From Candidatus Helarchaeota ASGARD archaeon Hel_GB_B (GTDB lineage: Archaea > Asgardarchaeota > Lokiarchaeia > Helarchaeales > HEL-GB-B), in assembly GCA_005191425.1 (NCBI GenBank), contig SUPR01000021.1, forward strand, positions 8,142 through 40,141: a DNA stretch of 32,000 nucleotides, given 5' to 3'. Shown here piece by piece: positions 1-9,548 of the stretch. Within the stretch, counting starts at the first letter, position 1. The number at the start of each line of letters is the position of its first letter. The notes below the pieces were generated by a model. It saw only the letters and a program-made list of their open reading frames with translations, was not told the origin of the DNA and made no database searches. The translations under genes and the position numbers were made by a program.

Positions 1-684
1 TTCCCATTACCTGCTGATGAAACTGCGCCATATGATCCACCAAATAATTATTCAATTACAAAAGCAGAACAAGAGAAATTATTATACAAGTATTATGAAG
101 AACAGAAACTTCCAATAATTATTATAAGACCGGCTCCAATTGTTGGGCCATATCAATCATATGGTGGTTTTCATACATTCTTTATACAATATGCAGTAGG
201 GACAACGGTAATTCCTGCAATTTATCCAAGGAAAAAGAAGCTAAGATTTCCATGTATTCATGTAGAAGATTTAGTTAGAGCAGCATATCATTTAGCAACA
301 TATGAACCTGTAGATAAAGTCATTGGAGAACCTTTTAATGTAGTCCATGATTCTCCTTATGAAGAAGACTTTATTCAATTATGCGGAGATACTATGGGTT
401 TGAGATATTTTCGAATTCCAATTTGGTTTCCAATGTATAAAGTATTTGCAAAATTAGCTCTCTTATGGAGTGAATACATTGAACATAAAGCAAGGAAACG
501 AGGTGTAAGATCAAAAATAGATGTCCCAATGGTCAAATATATTACCCACAACTACTATTTCTCAAACAAAAAAATAAAAGATCTTGAATTTAGATTCAAA
601 TATACGTGGGATCAAGCAATTGTAGATACTATTAATTGGTACTATGACCACGGTTGGTTTGAACGCGGATTTTATAAAAGTTAA
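1..684 (+). CDS. Extended SDR / NAD-dependent epimerase-dehydratase (3-beta-HSD-like), 5'-truncated by the window edge
   Basis: Frame 1 is open from base 1 (FPLPADETAPYDPPNNYSITKAEQEKLL...IIIRPAPIVGP...CIHVEDLVRA...GEPFNV) and continues into the 394..684 ORF. It has the catalytic YxxxK (YSITK) plus the RPxxVxGP and HVEDL motifs of extended SDRs. Confidence 0.9.
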   Translation, partial: FPLPADETAPYDPPNNYSITKAEQEKLLYKYYEEQKLPIIIIRPAPIVGPYQSYGGFHTFFIQYAVGTTVIPAIYPRKKKLRFPCIHVEDLVRAAYHLATYEPVDKVIGEPFNVVHDSPYEEDFIQLCGDTMGLRYFRIPIWFPMYKVFAKLALLWSEYIEHKARKRGVRSKIDVPMVKYITHNYYFSNKKIKDLEFRFKYTWDQAIVDTINWYYDHGWFERGFYKS

Positions 685-694
685 GGTGATTAAA

Positions 695-1192
695 ATGATG
701 TTATTGGGAATAATATTGTCAGTAATTTTTGGATTTATTAATACCTATATTGCAAAAAAACTTTACTATAGAAATAAGGAAGCATACATGTGGTTAACCT
801 TTATTTTTATTGGTATTCTGTGGATATTAGCAATATTAGCTGCATTTAATATCTGGAATTATTATTGGTTTTTAGGTTATACAGAAGGAAATGATTTTCT
901 ATGGAATTGGCCCTTCAATACGTACGGCGGTGGGACAATCAATTTTGATTATACAGCATTATCAGGTTATGAAATATTATTAATTCTAAGTTATCCATTT
1001 TGGTATAAATTTGGAGCGACAAGATTTCATCAACTTTTTGGGAGAAGACCTTGGCAAAAAGGCGCAATATATCTATTAACAGTTCCTAAACGTCCTAAAG
1101 GTCTTAAAAAGGGTGAAAAAGCAGTACAAGCACCATTATTAGAATTCGATAAAAAAGAATCTAAAGGAATAGACCGAAAAATCGATATTTAA
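695..1192 (+). CDS. Hypothetical membrane protein (about 3 TM segments, basic/charged C-terminal tail)
   Basis: AGGTGA at 684-689, then ATG at 695 (5-nt spacing), so the start is reassigned from 644. Three hydrophobic segments. Tightly coupled to the SDR gene. Confidence 0.75.
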   Translation: MMLLGIILSVIFGFINTYIAKKLYYRNKEAYMWLTFIFIGILWILAILAAFNIWNYYWFLGYTEGNDFLWNWPFNTYGGGTINFDYTALSGYEILLILSYPFWYKFGATRFHQLFGRRPWQKGAIYLLTVPKRPKGLKKGEKAVQAPLLEFDKKESKGIDRKIDI

Positions 1193-1210
1193 TTTTTTTT
1201 ATCTCTTTTT
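1193..1210 (+). terminator. T-rich archaeal-type terminator
   Basis: T8 run directly after the stop at 1192, followed by more T tracts. Confidence 0.45.
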
Positions 1211-1579
1211 ATTTTAAGTCTTTATTTTAAGAAAAATTGAGTTTTTACAAATTTCGCTACTCCATTGCAAATAATAAAATTATTAAAAATTCTGTTCTTA
1301 TTTTAAAAATTACCAGAAAATTTTTCATTAATCACTGTAGATCTTCTCCAAATTTATTTTCTGTAGATTTAAAGAGTTTAAAAAGAATAACCAATAAAAA
1401 TTTAACCAAAATATTTTTATAAAATAAATAATTTCATTATAGTGAAATATTTTTCTATAAGATAAAATTAAAAAATAAATTAAAAATAATAAGAGTAATA
1501 TAAAACTGAATCGACATAGCAAAAAAATACTATAAATAAAAATTAAAATAATAACAAAAAAATAATAATTATTATTAAA

Positions 1580-2206
1580 ATGGCTAGAAAAATGAAAAAA
1601 GATCCTAATTTAATTTTTCTTTTATTGGGTATGACATTAAATAATCTAAAATTAAATAATGAATATAATTTTAACGAATTAAGGAAAAAGGTGGGTATTC
1701 ATTGGATCACTTTAAAGAAATATGCAAATTTAGTTGTATTTATCCAAAAATATTTTCCAAAAATAGATGTTAATAATAAAAGAAATACAATAAAAATAAA
1801 TGAAATAAGTGAACGAATAAATGAATTTGATCCGCTAGAAAAACAATTATTAATTTTTTATTTATCCAAAGCTTTTGATGAAAAATCTGCATTAAACCTG
1901 GAATTTTATGATGATGAACAATTAAATTCAATTAATATTTTAAAAGAAATTGGTTTTATTAAAGAATATAATAATAAAGCCTATTTATCTTTAGAGGGAC
2001 GAAATATGGGATATATTTTAATATCAGATATATATAATGAAATGGAAAAGATTATATTAGTCAAATCTGATCAAAAATCCATTACTGAAAAAAATTATAC
2101 AAATAAATTAAATAAAATTAGAGAAGATATCAATAATTTAAAAATTTTAAATATATATCAAGGGAATGTTCAAAATTTGTCTCAAAATCTTATAATAAAT
2201 TCGTGA
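1580..2206 (+). CDS. Tandem (winged) HTH protein, putative DNA-binding
   Basis: N-terminal HTH-like EYNFNELRKKVGIHWITLKKY and a second wHTH-like INILKEIGFIKEYNNKAYLSLEGR. Confidence 0.6.
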   Translation: MARKMKKDPNLIFLLLGMTLNNLKLNNEYNFNELRKKVGIHWITLKKYANLVVFIQKYFPKIDVNNKRNTIKINEISERINEFDPLEKQLLIFYLSKAFDEKSALNLEFYDDEQLNSINILKEIGFIKEYNNKAYLSLEGRNMGYILISDIYNEMEKIILVKSDQKSITEKNYTNKLNKIREDINNLKILNIYQGNVQNLSQNLIINS

Positions 2207-2256
2207 AAGAATTAATAATTTTATTTAAATATTAACATTCTGATTTTAAAAGTTAA

Positions 2257-4071
2257 TTGAAGATGATAAAAATTAGAGATCAATATAATTTTAGAAATAA
2301 TAAAAGGAAAAAAAATAATATTATTATAAATATTATAAAATTTCAAATTGGAGATAATTTAGAAAATTTAAAAAAATTAGGAGTTATAGATGAATCTCAG
2401 GAGGAGATAGAACAAAAAATTATATATGATGGATTAATTTTTAAAAGAACTATTGAAAAATATTTTAAAAATCAGGAATTAAATATTATTTTGGAATTTA
2501 TAAAAAATTATCCAAAAAAATTACCAATTTTTAATTCTTTAATAATAAAAATAATACTTTATTATCGATACAGTTTTTTTGATTTGTTTTATAAAAATTT
2601 AATAGATCTAATGAACTTTACATTAGAAAAATATTATTTATCTGATCAATTTCGCTCTAATGAACTAAATTTAAGAAAGATGCCCTTTAAATTAAGAATT
2701 TTAAGTAAGAATTTAATATACTATAGCAAAAAATTGTACAATATTTATCTAAATTTATACAAACAATTTGACTTATGGTATGAAAATCTCTCACATTTAG
2801 ATGAATTTCTTAGAATAGAAGAATTAAACACTTCAAAAATGATTTTAAAATATATCAATAAAATAAGATTTAATTATATTTCATATATGATTGAAATTTA
2901 TCATGGATTTTTAAATAAAAATATTGTTTCAAAAGAAAAAATAGAAATTATTAATAAAAGAATTAAAAATACCATAGAATATAATTTATTGAAAAAATAT
3001 CGAGTTATATATACTAATTTTAAAGAAATAGAAGGAAAATTTGTGGAAATAAAAACATTAAATCCAGAGATTTACAATAATTTAAATATTATAAATAGAG
3101 AATTAAATAAAACTTCTAAAGGTATTAACACATTAATAAAAGAATTAAAGCAAAATGATCAAATATATTCCATTCTTGAAAATCTGAAGTTTATAGAAGA
3201 CTTTGATAGTCCACTATCTTTTTATGAAAATCATTTTAAAAATAAATTGTTAACAAATAAGCCATCGATAAGATTATTAGATATTTTTGATATAAATTTA
3301 TTAACTGATTTAAACAAACTTTTTGATATTATGAAATATAACTTAATAGTTTCTAAAAAAATAAGTACTTTTAATTTTAATTTTAAGAAAAAATTAATTA
3401 AAATAATTGAAAATTCAAAAATCAAAAATTTTTACACAAAACTAACTTTATTTTGTTTATATTTTTCAATATTTAATAAAGAAAAAGTTAGCTCGTTATT
3501 TATTGAAATTATTAATGAATTAATAATATCTGAAAAAAATATAGAAGAAATCATTAGTTCCCAAGATCTTTTTTTTAGATTATTTGATCAACAAAAATTA
3601 TTTTTATTTAATAATGATTATAGACTAAATTTAAATATTATTCGATTAGAAAAAGAATTATTTAATGGTTTTATTAATGAAATTTTTTATCATATTGATA
3701 AAAGTCAAAAAAATTTAAATTTTCTTTACTCTATTTTTATTGAAACTTGTAGAAAATTATTTTTAGATAAAAAATTAATAATTTGTGCTAAAATAATAGG
3801 TTTTGCGTATAATTTAGGTATATTTAAAAATATTAAAAATAGTGAGGCATCATTCGTTTCTATTTTTAATAAGAAATTTTATGATGTTATAAAAATATTA
3901 TCTGTTGATAAATCGGATTTTAAATTGGCATTAGAAAATTTAAAATGCTTAAAAGTTATTTCTAAATATACAAAAGATAATTCTTATTATGAAAATGCTT
4001 TACAAATAATCAAAGAAATTTGGGCAGAATATTTTATTGATGATAAATTAAATATATTATCAAAATCATAA
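2257..4071 (+). CDS. Large hypothetical, probably all-alpha-helical protein (about 604 aa)
   Basis: An uninterrupted 1.8 kb ORF in extremely AT-rich DNA is very unlikely by chance. K/N/I/L/F-rich with no recognisable catalytic motif. TTG start at 2257 or ATG at 2263. Confidence 0.7.
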   Translation: MKMIKIRDQYNFRNNKRKKNNIIINIIKFQIGDNLENLKKLGVIDESQEEIEQKIIYDGLIFKRTIEKYFKNQELNIILEFIKNYPKKLPIFNSLIIKIILYYRYSFFDLFYKNLIDLMNFTLEKYYLSDQFRSNELNLRKMPFKLRILSKNLIYYSKKLYNIYLNLYKQFDLWYENLSHLDEFLRIEELNTSKMILKYINKIRFNYISYMIEIYHGFLNKNIVSKEKIEIINKRIKNTIEYNLLKKYRVIYTNFKEIEGKFVEIKTLNPEIYNNLNIINRELNKTSKGINTLIKELKQNDQIYSILENLKFIEDFDSPLSFYENHFKNKLLTNKPSIRLLDIFDINLLTDLNKLFDIMKYNLIVSKKISTFNFNFKKKLIKIIENSKIKNFYTKLTLFCLYFSIFNKEKVSSLFIEIINELIISEKNIEEIISSQDLFFRLFDQQKLFLFNNDYRLNLNIIRLEKELFNGFINEIFYHIDKSQKNLNFLYSIFIETCRKLFLDKKLIICAKIIGFAYNLGIFKNIKNSEASFVSIFNKKFYDVIKILSVDKSDFKLALENLKCLKVISKYTKDNSYYENALQIIKEIWAEYFIDDKLNILSKS

Positions 4072-4096
4072 ATCTGAAATTAAAGGGTAAATTTTT

Positions 4097-5023
4097 ATGG
4101 ATAATACTAAATTTATTAGCTTAAGTTCTATTCGTGGTGGTTCTGGAAAAACTACAATTGCTTTAGGTCTATCGATTAATTTGACAAAATCAGGAAAAAA
4201 AGTATTACTTATAGATTTTGATTTGGCAGGACCGTTTCTAGATATAATTTTTAATTATAAACCAATATATACTTTAACTCATTATATTACAAGAAAAAAT
4301 TTAGACATAGATTCGAAAATCTTGACTAAAAAGGAATTTAACTTGACATTAAAGCATATTATTAAAAATTTTAAAATAAACAACATTAATCTCGATGTAA
4401 TATTCGCTGATAGAGAATTATATAATATGAAAACATGTTTAAAAATTTTGGAAACAAATGAAGGTCTTGAGTTCGTTTCCAACATTTTCAATGATTTAAA
4501 AGAAAATTATAATTATGATTATATTATAATTGATAATGGCCCAGGTATATTAGATACAAATTTAATTTCAAATTTTATATCAAACTTCGTTTTTTTTATA
4601 TTAAGAAAAAGAAATTCTGAAATAAAAGATCTTGGATATTGGATAAATATTTTTAAAAATGCATTTTCCCAAAGCGATCAATTAATAGAGTGGGGGATTA
4701 TATTTAATCAAAAAGTAAATAATAAAGTATTAATAAAAAATGACGAAATAAAAGATAAAATTATTTTAGAAATTCCATTTTATCAAGATTTTGGAAAAAT
4801 TACGGATAATGAATTTAAATATCTGATGAATAACGAGGAACACCCGTTCTTCAAGGACTTAAATTTAATTTTAGATTTCATGAAAAAAGAAACTGAAATA
4901 ATAGACAAAAATTTATTTTGTGTTAATTGTGGAAGTAAATTAAGATTTTTTAATAAGAATAGAAAAGATTATCAATATTTTTGCAAAAAATGTAATGCAT
5001 GGGTAAAATCAAAAGGGAGTTAA
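4097..5023 (+). CDS. ParA/MinD-family ATPase with C-terminal zinc ribbon
   Basis: Deviant Walker A SIRGGSGKTT, Walker A' LLIDFDLAG, Walker B YIIIDNGPG, and C-terminal CVNC-x17-CKKC. Confidence 0.88.
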   Translation: MDNTKFISLSSIRGGSGKTTIALGLSINLTKSGKKVLLIDFDLAGPFLDIIFNYKPIYTLTHYITRKNLDIDSKILTKKEFNLTLKHIIKNFKINNINLDVIFADRELYNMKTCLKILETNEGLEFVSNIFNDLKENYNYDYIIIDNGPGILDTNLISNFISNFVFFILRKRNSEIKDLGYWINIFKNAFSQSDQLIEWGIIFNQKVNNKVLIKNDEIKDKIILEIPFYQDFGKITDNEFKYLMNNEEHPFFKDLNLILDFMKKETEIIDKNLFCVNCGSKLRFFNKNRKDYQYFCKKCNAWVKSKGS

Positions 5024-5072
5024 AGATTTTAGAAAATAATATATCGATCATATAATCTGGATGTTTTCATAA

Positions 5073-5753
5073 ATGGTTGAACTGACTATTATTGATAAAA
5101 TTAAAGATGATATAAAACTAATGTATTATTTATATAAAATAGATAAAAATGATCATTATAATATGCCTAATTTTATTAATACAGGAAATTTAAAAAATAA
5201 ACTAATTAAAATGGGTATAATTGAATTTGTATCAAAAAAAAAGCATTTACATGAAAAAACAATTCAAACAACAAAAAAAGGATCTTTAACCATTAGATTT
5301 TTAAAGGAAAATAAATATTTTGAGCCATTTGATTTAATTAGTTCAATAGATAATATCGAAACTTTTGAAAAAAAATATTATACTATTTTAGAAAAAAATA
5401 AATTAAAAAATGAATTATTAAGAATTCAGGATAATTTTTATTTTCTAAAACATTTAATAAATAAAAGACATAACAACGATAATTTAACTTTTAATATAGA
5501 AATTTATATTGCTGGTCATGAAATTTCTAAAAAAATTACATTAAAAATTTTACACATTAACGAATTAGATAATGAAATTTCTATGAAAATTCAGTTTTTT
5601 TGTCCGCGTTGCGAGAATACCGTTTTTGTAGAAGATTTAAATTTGAATGAATATAATTGTTATGATCAAAAAAAAATTAAATGTGATAAATGTAATGCTA
5701 ATATTATTTTTACAAAAAATCTTGAAAGGTGGTACCTTTTAGATGGAGATTGA
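5073..5753 (+). CDS. Hypothetical protein: N-terminal wHTH-like domain plus C-terminal C4 zinc ribbon
   Basis: KLIKMGIIE...IQTTKKG is a wHTH recognition-helix/wing-like pattern. CPRC...CDKC lie near the C-terminus. Confidence 0.6.
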   Translation: MVELTIIDKIKDDIKLMYYLYKIDKNDHYNMPNFINTGNLKNKLIKMGIIEFVSKKKHLHEKTIQTTKKGSLTIRFLKENKYFEPFDLISSIDNIETFEKKYYTILEKNKLKNELLRIQDNFYFLKHLINKRHNNDNLTFNIEIYIAGHEISKKITLKILHINELDNEISMKIQFFCPRCENTVFVEDLNLNEYNCYDQKKIKCDKCNANIIFTKNLERWYLLDGD

Positions 5754-6168
5754 AATCCATTTTTATAATTTTGATCCATTTTAATAAAATTTAATAATAC
5801 TACGAGTTATTTTAGAAAATATTTTTTAATATAAATATAATATTATTTATAATATTTCGGACATTCTATTTTAAATTTTTATAAATAGAGAGATTAAAGC
5901 AAAAAAGTAATCTTTAAGGAATTATAATTTTTCACAGATTCCACATAAAACCTAGCACCTTAATTCTTTATCTATAAGTAAAAAAATCCATTGAATTAAT
6001 TTCAAGTTTTTATTAACAGCAATTTTTCCACTATGAAATATTGTAGAATAATATTAGACATGTTATTATATTAAAAAACAGATCAGAGCATATCTAATTT
6101 TTTAGACTAAAACTATTAATTTTTTTATGATATACAATTTAAAAAAAAACTCGAAAATTTAAAAATTT

Positions 6169-7440
6169 TCATTTAACAGATTTAATTTCATCTTTTTCGG
6201 TTTTTAGCACAAATTTAAAGATTAAACCTGAAACTAAAAGTGAACTACCTAAAATAGGGCATATAATATAAAAAGCATTTTCCATTCCGAAGAAAGATAT
6301 TATAAAAAACATAATCATGGTACCAGTAGCGCCAGATAAATTCATAAAAATAGAGTTAACGCCCATATAAGAAGCTTCTTGCTTTTTCTTTATCAGGTCC
6401 ATTACAATTGACATTGGAAATACGAATATAGCAGCAAGTCCAACAGCAATTAATACAATGAATATTAGTCCTTGTATAAGCATATAACCAAAAGACTTAG
6501 TAAAGTAAAATAAAGATCCAAATGGGAAAACTATTCCCATATAAATGAGAGCAAAGACCATTGTCCGTTTTTTACCCCATTTATCTCCTTTAACTAAATA
6601 AACCACAAAAAATATACCTATAATTCCGAGTAATAACCCTGCAAATGGCCCAAATTCTTCTTCAGTTGGTAGACCTAAAATGACTGCAGCAATTGGACCT
6701 AAAGCTGCCAGGACTAAATTAAAAGCCATATTCCAGAGAAATTGACAGATTTCAAAAATGATAAATTTTTTATTTTTAATTATTTCGATGAATGGAATTT
6801 TCTCTTCAGCAGGTTCAAATTGAGATTTAGGTTCTTTTATCATTAAAATTGTTATAAAATTTGAGATAATTAATATTATAGCATAGATTAAAGATACTAT
6901 TAACCAAGATTTTACCAATAAAATTATAATAGGAGGTAATATTAACCCCAGTGCTGTACCAATTCCACCAAATAGTCCATAAGTTCCAGACATTTTAACT
7001 CTATTTTCAGGAAGTGTGATATCAGCCATTAATCCAAGATAGGGAGTATTAAGGGCATTAATGCAAACTGAATAAATAATATAAATTAGCATCAAATATA
7101 TAATTGCATTATCATAATTGGTTGAGTATGGAAATGTAAGTAATATGAAAAAAATACCAGTTAGTGGCGAAGAGATAGCCATCCAAATTCGCCTTTTTCC
7201 CCATTTAGTCCTGGTTTTATCACTTAAATATCCAAAAAGAGGGCCAGCAAATATGCCAATTATTAAGCCAACAGAGATTAACAAAAACCTTATTGCATCT
7301 TCATTAAGTGTAAAGTTTAATCCGCCCTCTGAAATATCACCGGTAAGAAAATGAAACATATAAGTAGCAGGAAATGAAAATAAAAGAAAAATACCAAAAT
7401 TCGAGATGGCATAAAAAATTTTATTCTGTTTCTCTTCCAA
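6169..7440 (-). CDS. MFS transporter, GPH / Na+-melibiose symporter-like
   Basis: About 12 TM segments, GYLSDKTRTKWGKRRIW (GPH-type motif A), and second-half repeat GDKWGKKR. TTG start with GGTG upstream. Confidence 0.9.
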   Translation of the reverse strand: MEEKQNKIFYAISNFGIFLLFSFPATYMFHFLTGDISEGGLNFTLNEDAIRFLLISVGLIIGIFAGPLFGYLSDKTRTKWGKRRIWMAISSPLTGIFFILLTFPYSTNYDNAIIYLMLIYIIYSVCINALNTPYLGLMADITLPENRVKMSGTYGLFGGIGTALGLILPPIIILLVKSWLIVSLIYAIILIISNFITILMIKEPKSQFEPAEEKIPFIEIIKNKKFIIFEICQFLWNMAFNLVLAALGPIAAVILGLPTEEEFGPFAGLLLGIIGIFFVVYLVKGDKWGKKRTMVFALIYMGIVFPFGSLFYFTKSFGYMLIQGLIFIVLIAVGLAAIFVFPMSIVMDLIKKKQEASYMGVNSIFMNLSGATGTMIMFFIISFFGMENAFYIICPILGSSLLVSGLIFKFVLKTEKDEIKSVK

Positions 7441-7800
7441 TTATGAACACCAAATATAGATTTTTTATACAAAATAAAATATTGATTGTTTCTTAAATGT
7501 GATTTTGAATTTGTATGTTAATTCAAAAATAGGAAATTAATTTTTAAGTATATCTAATAAAAAATATTTTATTATTATTAAAATTTTCAAGAAACAACTT
7601 AAACTTATTTTAAGTATTTTTTACTGAAAAAATAATTTAAATCAAATAGAAATAGAGTCGATGCAAGCTATTTATAAAAAAATTTATAAAAGACAAAAAT
7701 TTACTTAAATTATAAAAGCGAATGAATAAAAAATATCGATATAAAATTTTGGAATTTCTGCATCGGTTATAGGAATTTAAGATTTAAATTTAAAAACAAA

Positions 7801-7961
7801 TTAACACTATTAAACAGCACGGACAATTTCTGAATTTTGCTATATATATGTCTGCGTGTACTTAATCTTCCAGTGTTAAGATTATAACTGTAGAATCTAT
7901 AGAATATCAATTTGGTTTAAATAATAGTTTAAAATTTTATTCCCCACACTTCTTGGAGGTG
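7801..7961 (+). promoter_or_regulatory. Candidate structured 5' leader upstream of the MgtE-type transporter
   Basis: Nested complementarity: 7801-7808/7872-7879, 7809-7813/7862-7866, 7817-7821/7855-7859, 7822-7825/7849-7852. A small hairpin CACTTC/GAGGTG (7947-7961) covers a GGAGGTG motif. Confidence 0.3.
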
Positions 7962-7983
7962 CTAAGAATAAAAGGTGAGACAT

Positions 7984-9195
7984 ATGAATGCCCAAAATAT
8001 TACCAATGGAGACACAACAATTTTCAAGAAGAAAAATTATTATCCAAAGTTTAAAATTTTTAAAGAGACATTCCTTTCTTTAATTTTTGATTTAGGTGGA
8101 TTAATTGCTGGAGCCATTATGGGATATTATGTTAGCCTCATTTCGGTGAAAACATGGGCTATAGCGATTTATCCAATTGTTTTAACTGGGAGGGGGGCAT
8201 TAAACGGTATTTTAGGCGGAAAACTTAGTACAGGACTTCATCTCGGATTGATTAATACAAATATTAAAAAAAACACGAAGTATTTTTATTCTTTATTAGC
8301 CTCATTATGTTTAATTTCTTTAATTACTAGTTTTATCGTAGGAATAATAGCTTTTATCATTACAGGTGCATTAATTGAAGATTTGTACACAATAGTCATT
8401 TCATGTATCGCAATTCAAGCTCTTACAATTTTAATAACGATACCGATCACATCAGTACTTGGTTTTATTACCTTCAAACGGGGCATTGACCCAGATATTG
8501 TTGTCTTCCCAATTTCATCTACAGTGGCAGATATTTGGGCAACAATTTCTTATTTAATTACGTTATCAATGGTTTTTTGGTTCGGTTCACTTGGTATGTC
8601 CATAATTTATTTTATAAGTTTATTTTTCATAATTTTTGTAATTGTCCTAGCATTTTTATTTAGAAGAGAACGGGAGTATTGGTACACTTTAAAAGAAGCA
8701 CTATTCACGATACTCATAATAACATTAATTTCTGCAATATCGGGATTCTCTCTTTCAAAAATGAGAGATTATATCAAAAAAAGTCCAGGAATAATTGTGG
8801 TTTATCCAGCTCTAATTGATACACTGGGTGATGCAGCTGCAATTTTTGGATCGATTTCTACTACAAAATTATTTATAGGTTTTATTAAGTCAAAAATTGG
8901 TCAGATACGAAGACAAACAGGCATTCTATCACAGATTTTAATTGCTACCTTTCTATTTTATATAATATATGGTTTTATCGCATTTATTTACGAAAAAACT
9001 CTTATCTCCTTCTTTATGCCTATTTTTTCATTTTTATTATGTTTTCCGATAGTAATTATCATAACATTCATAATGGCTATTCTAACATTTACTAAAGGGA
9101 TGAATCCAGATAATTTTGTAATACCTATTGAAACAGCTTTGACTGATGCTATTTTTACTGTTGTTATAGCCACCCTTATAATTCTACTTTATTAA
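7984..9195 (+). CDS. mgtE: MgtE/SLC41-type Mg2+ transporter with two MgtE membrane domains
   Basis: Duplicated motifs YPIVLTGRGALNG / YPALIDTLGDAAAIFGS and GIDPDIVVFPISSTVAD / GMNPDNFVIPIETALTD. AGGTGA at 7973-7978 favours ATG 7984 over GTG 7975. Confidence 0.88.
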   Translation: MNAQNITNGDTTIFKKKNYYPKFKIFKETFLSLIFDLGGLIAGAIMGYYVSLISVKTWAIAIYPIVLTGRGALNGILGGKLSTGLHLGLINTNIKKNTKYFYSLLASLCLISLITSFIVGIIAFIITGALIEDLYTIVISCIAIQALTILITIPITSVLGFITFKRGIDPDIVVFPISSTVADIWATISYLITLSMVFWFGSLGMSIIYFISLFFIIFVIVLAFLFRREREYWYTLKEALFTILIITLISAISGFSLSKMRDYIKKSPGIIVVYPALIDTLGDAAAIFGSISTTKLFIGFIKSKIGQIRRQTGILSQILIATFLFYIIYGFIAFIYEKTLISFFMPIFSFLLCFPIVIIITFIMAILTFTKGMNPDNFVIPIETALTDAIFTVVIATLIILLY

Positions 9196-9548
9196 TTTCA
9201 AAAATAAAATCAAATAAAAAGTATTGTAATAGTAGGACTATCAGTTATCATTTTACTCGGATGCCCTTGATTCTTTTATTTATGTTAATTAAATATTATG
9301 AAGAGTTTGAATCGGAAATTTTATATCTAAAAAACCTTTACAATCAATATTTGTGAATTTTAGATAAAAAAAAGTAAATTAAGTAATTTAAAAATATGAA
9401 TAAATTAATTATAAAACATATTTTATCGTTAGAATAGAGAAAAAAGATAAAGTTTTAACAAGTTCTTCTATTCTATTTTAAAATTAAAATTGTTTAGAGT
9501 TAGAATAAAAAAAATTAATGATTTATTTAAAATAAATTGTTAATTGGT

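Noticed and set aside
1237-1522. Short ORFs 1237..1422 (+) and 1328..1522 (-)
   Set aside because: Low-complexity K/I/N/F-rich translations of an AT-rich spacer. They overlap each other, have no SD and no motif.
5913-6053. Minus-strand fragment ...IDKELRC*VLCGICEK with a CxxC after a TAG
   Set aside because: No start codon, under 50 codons, and no evidence for recoding. At most a decayed remnant.
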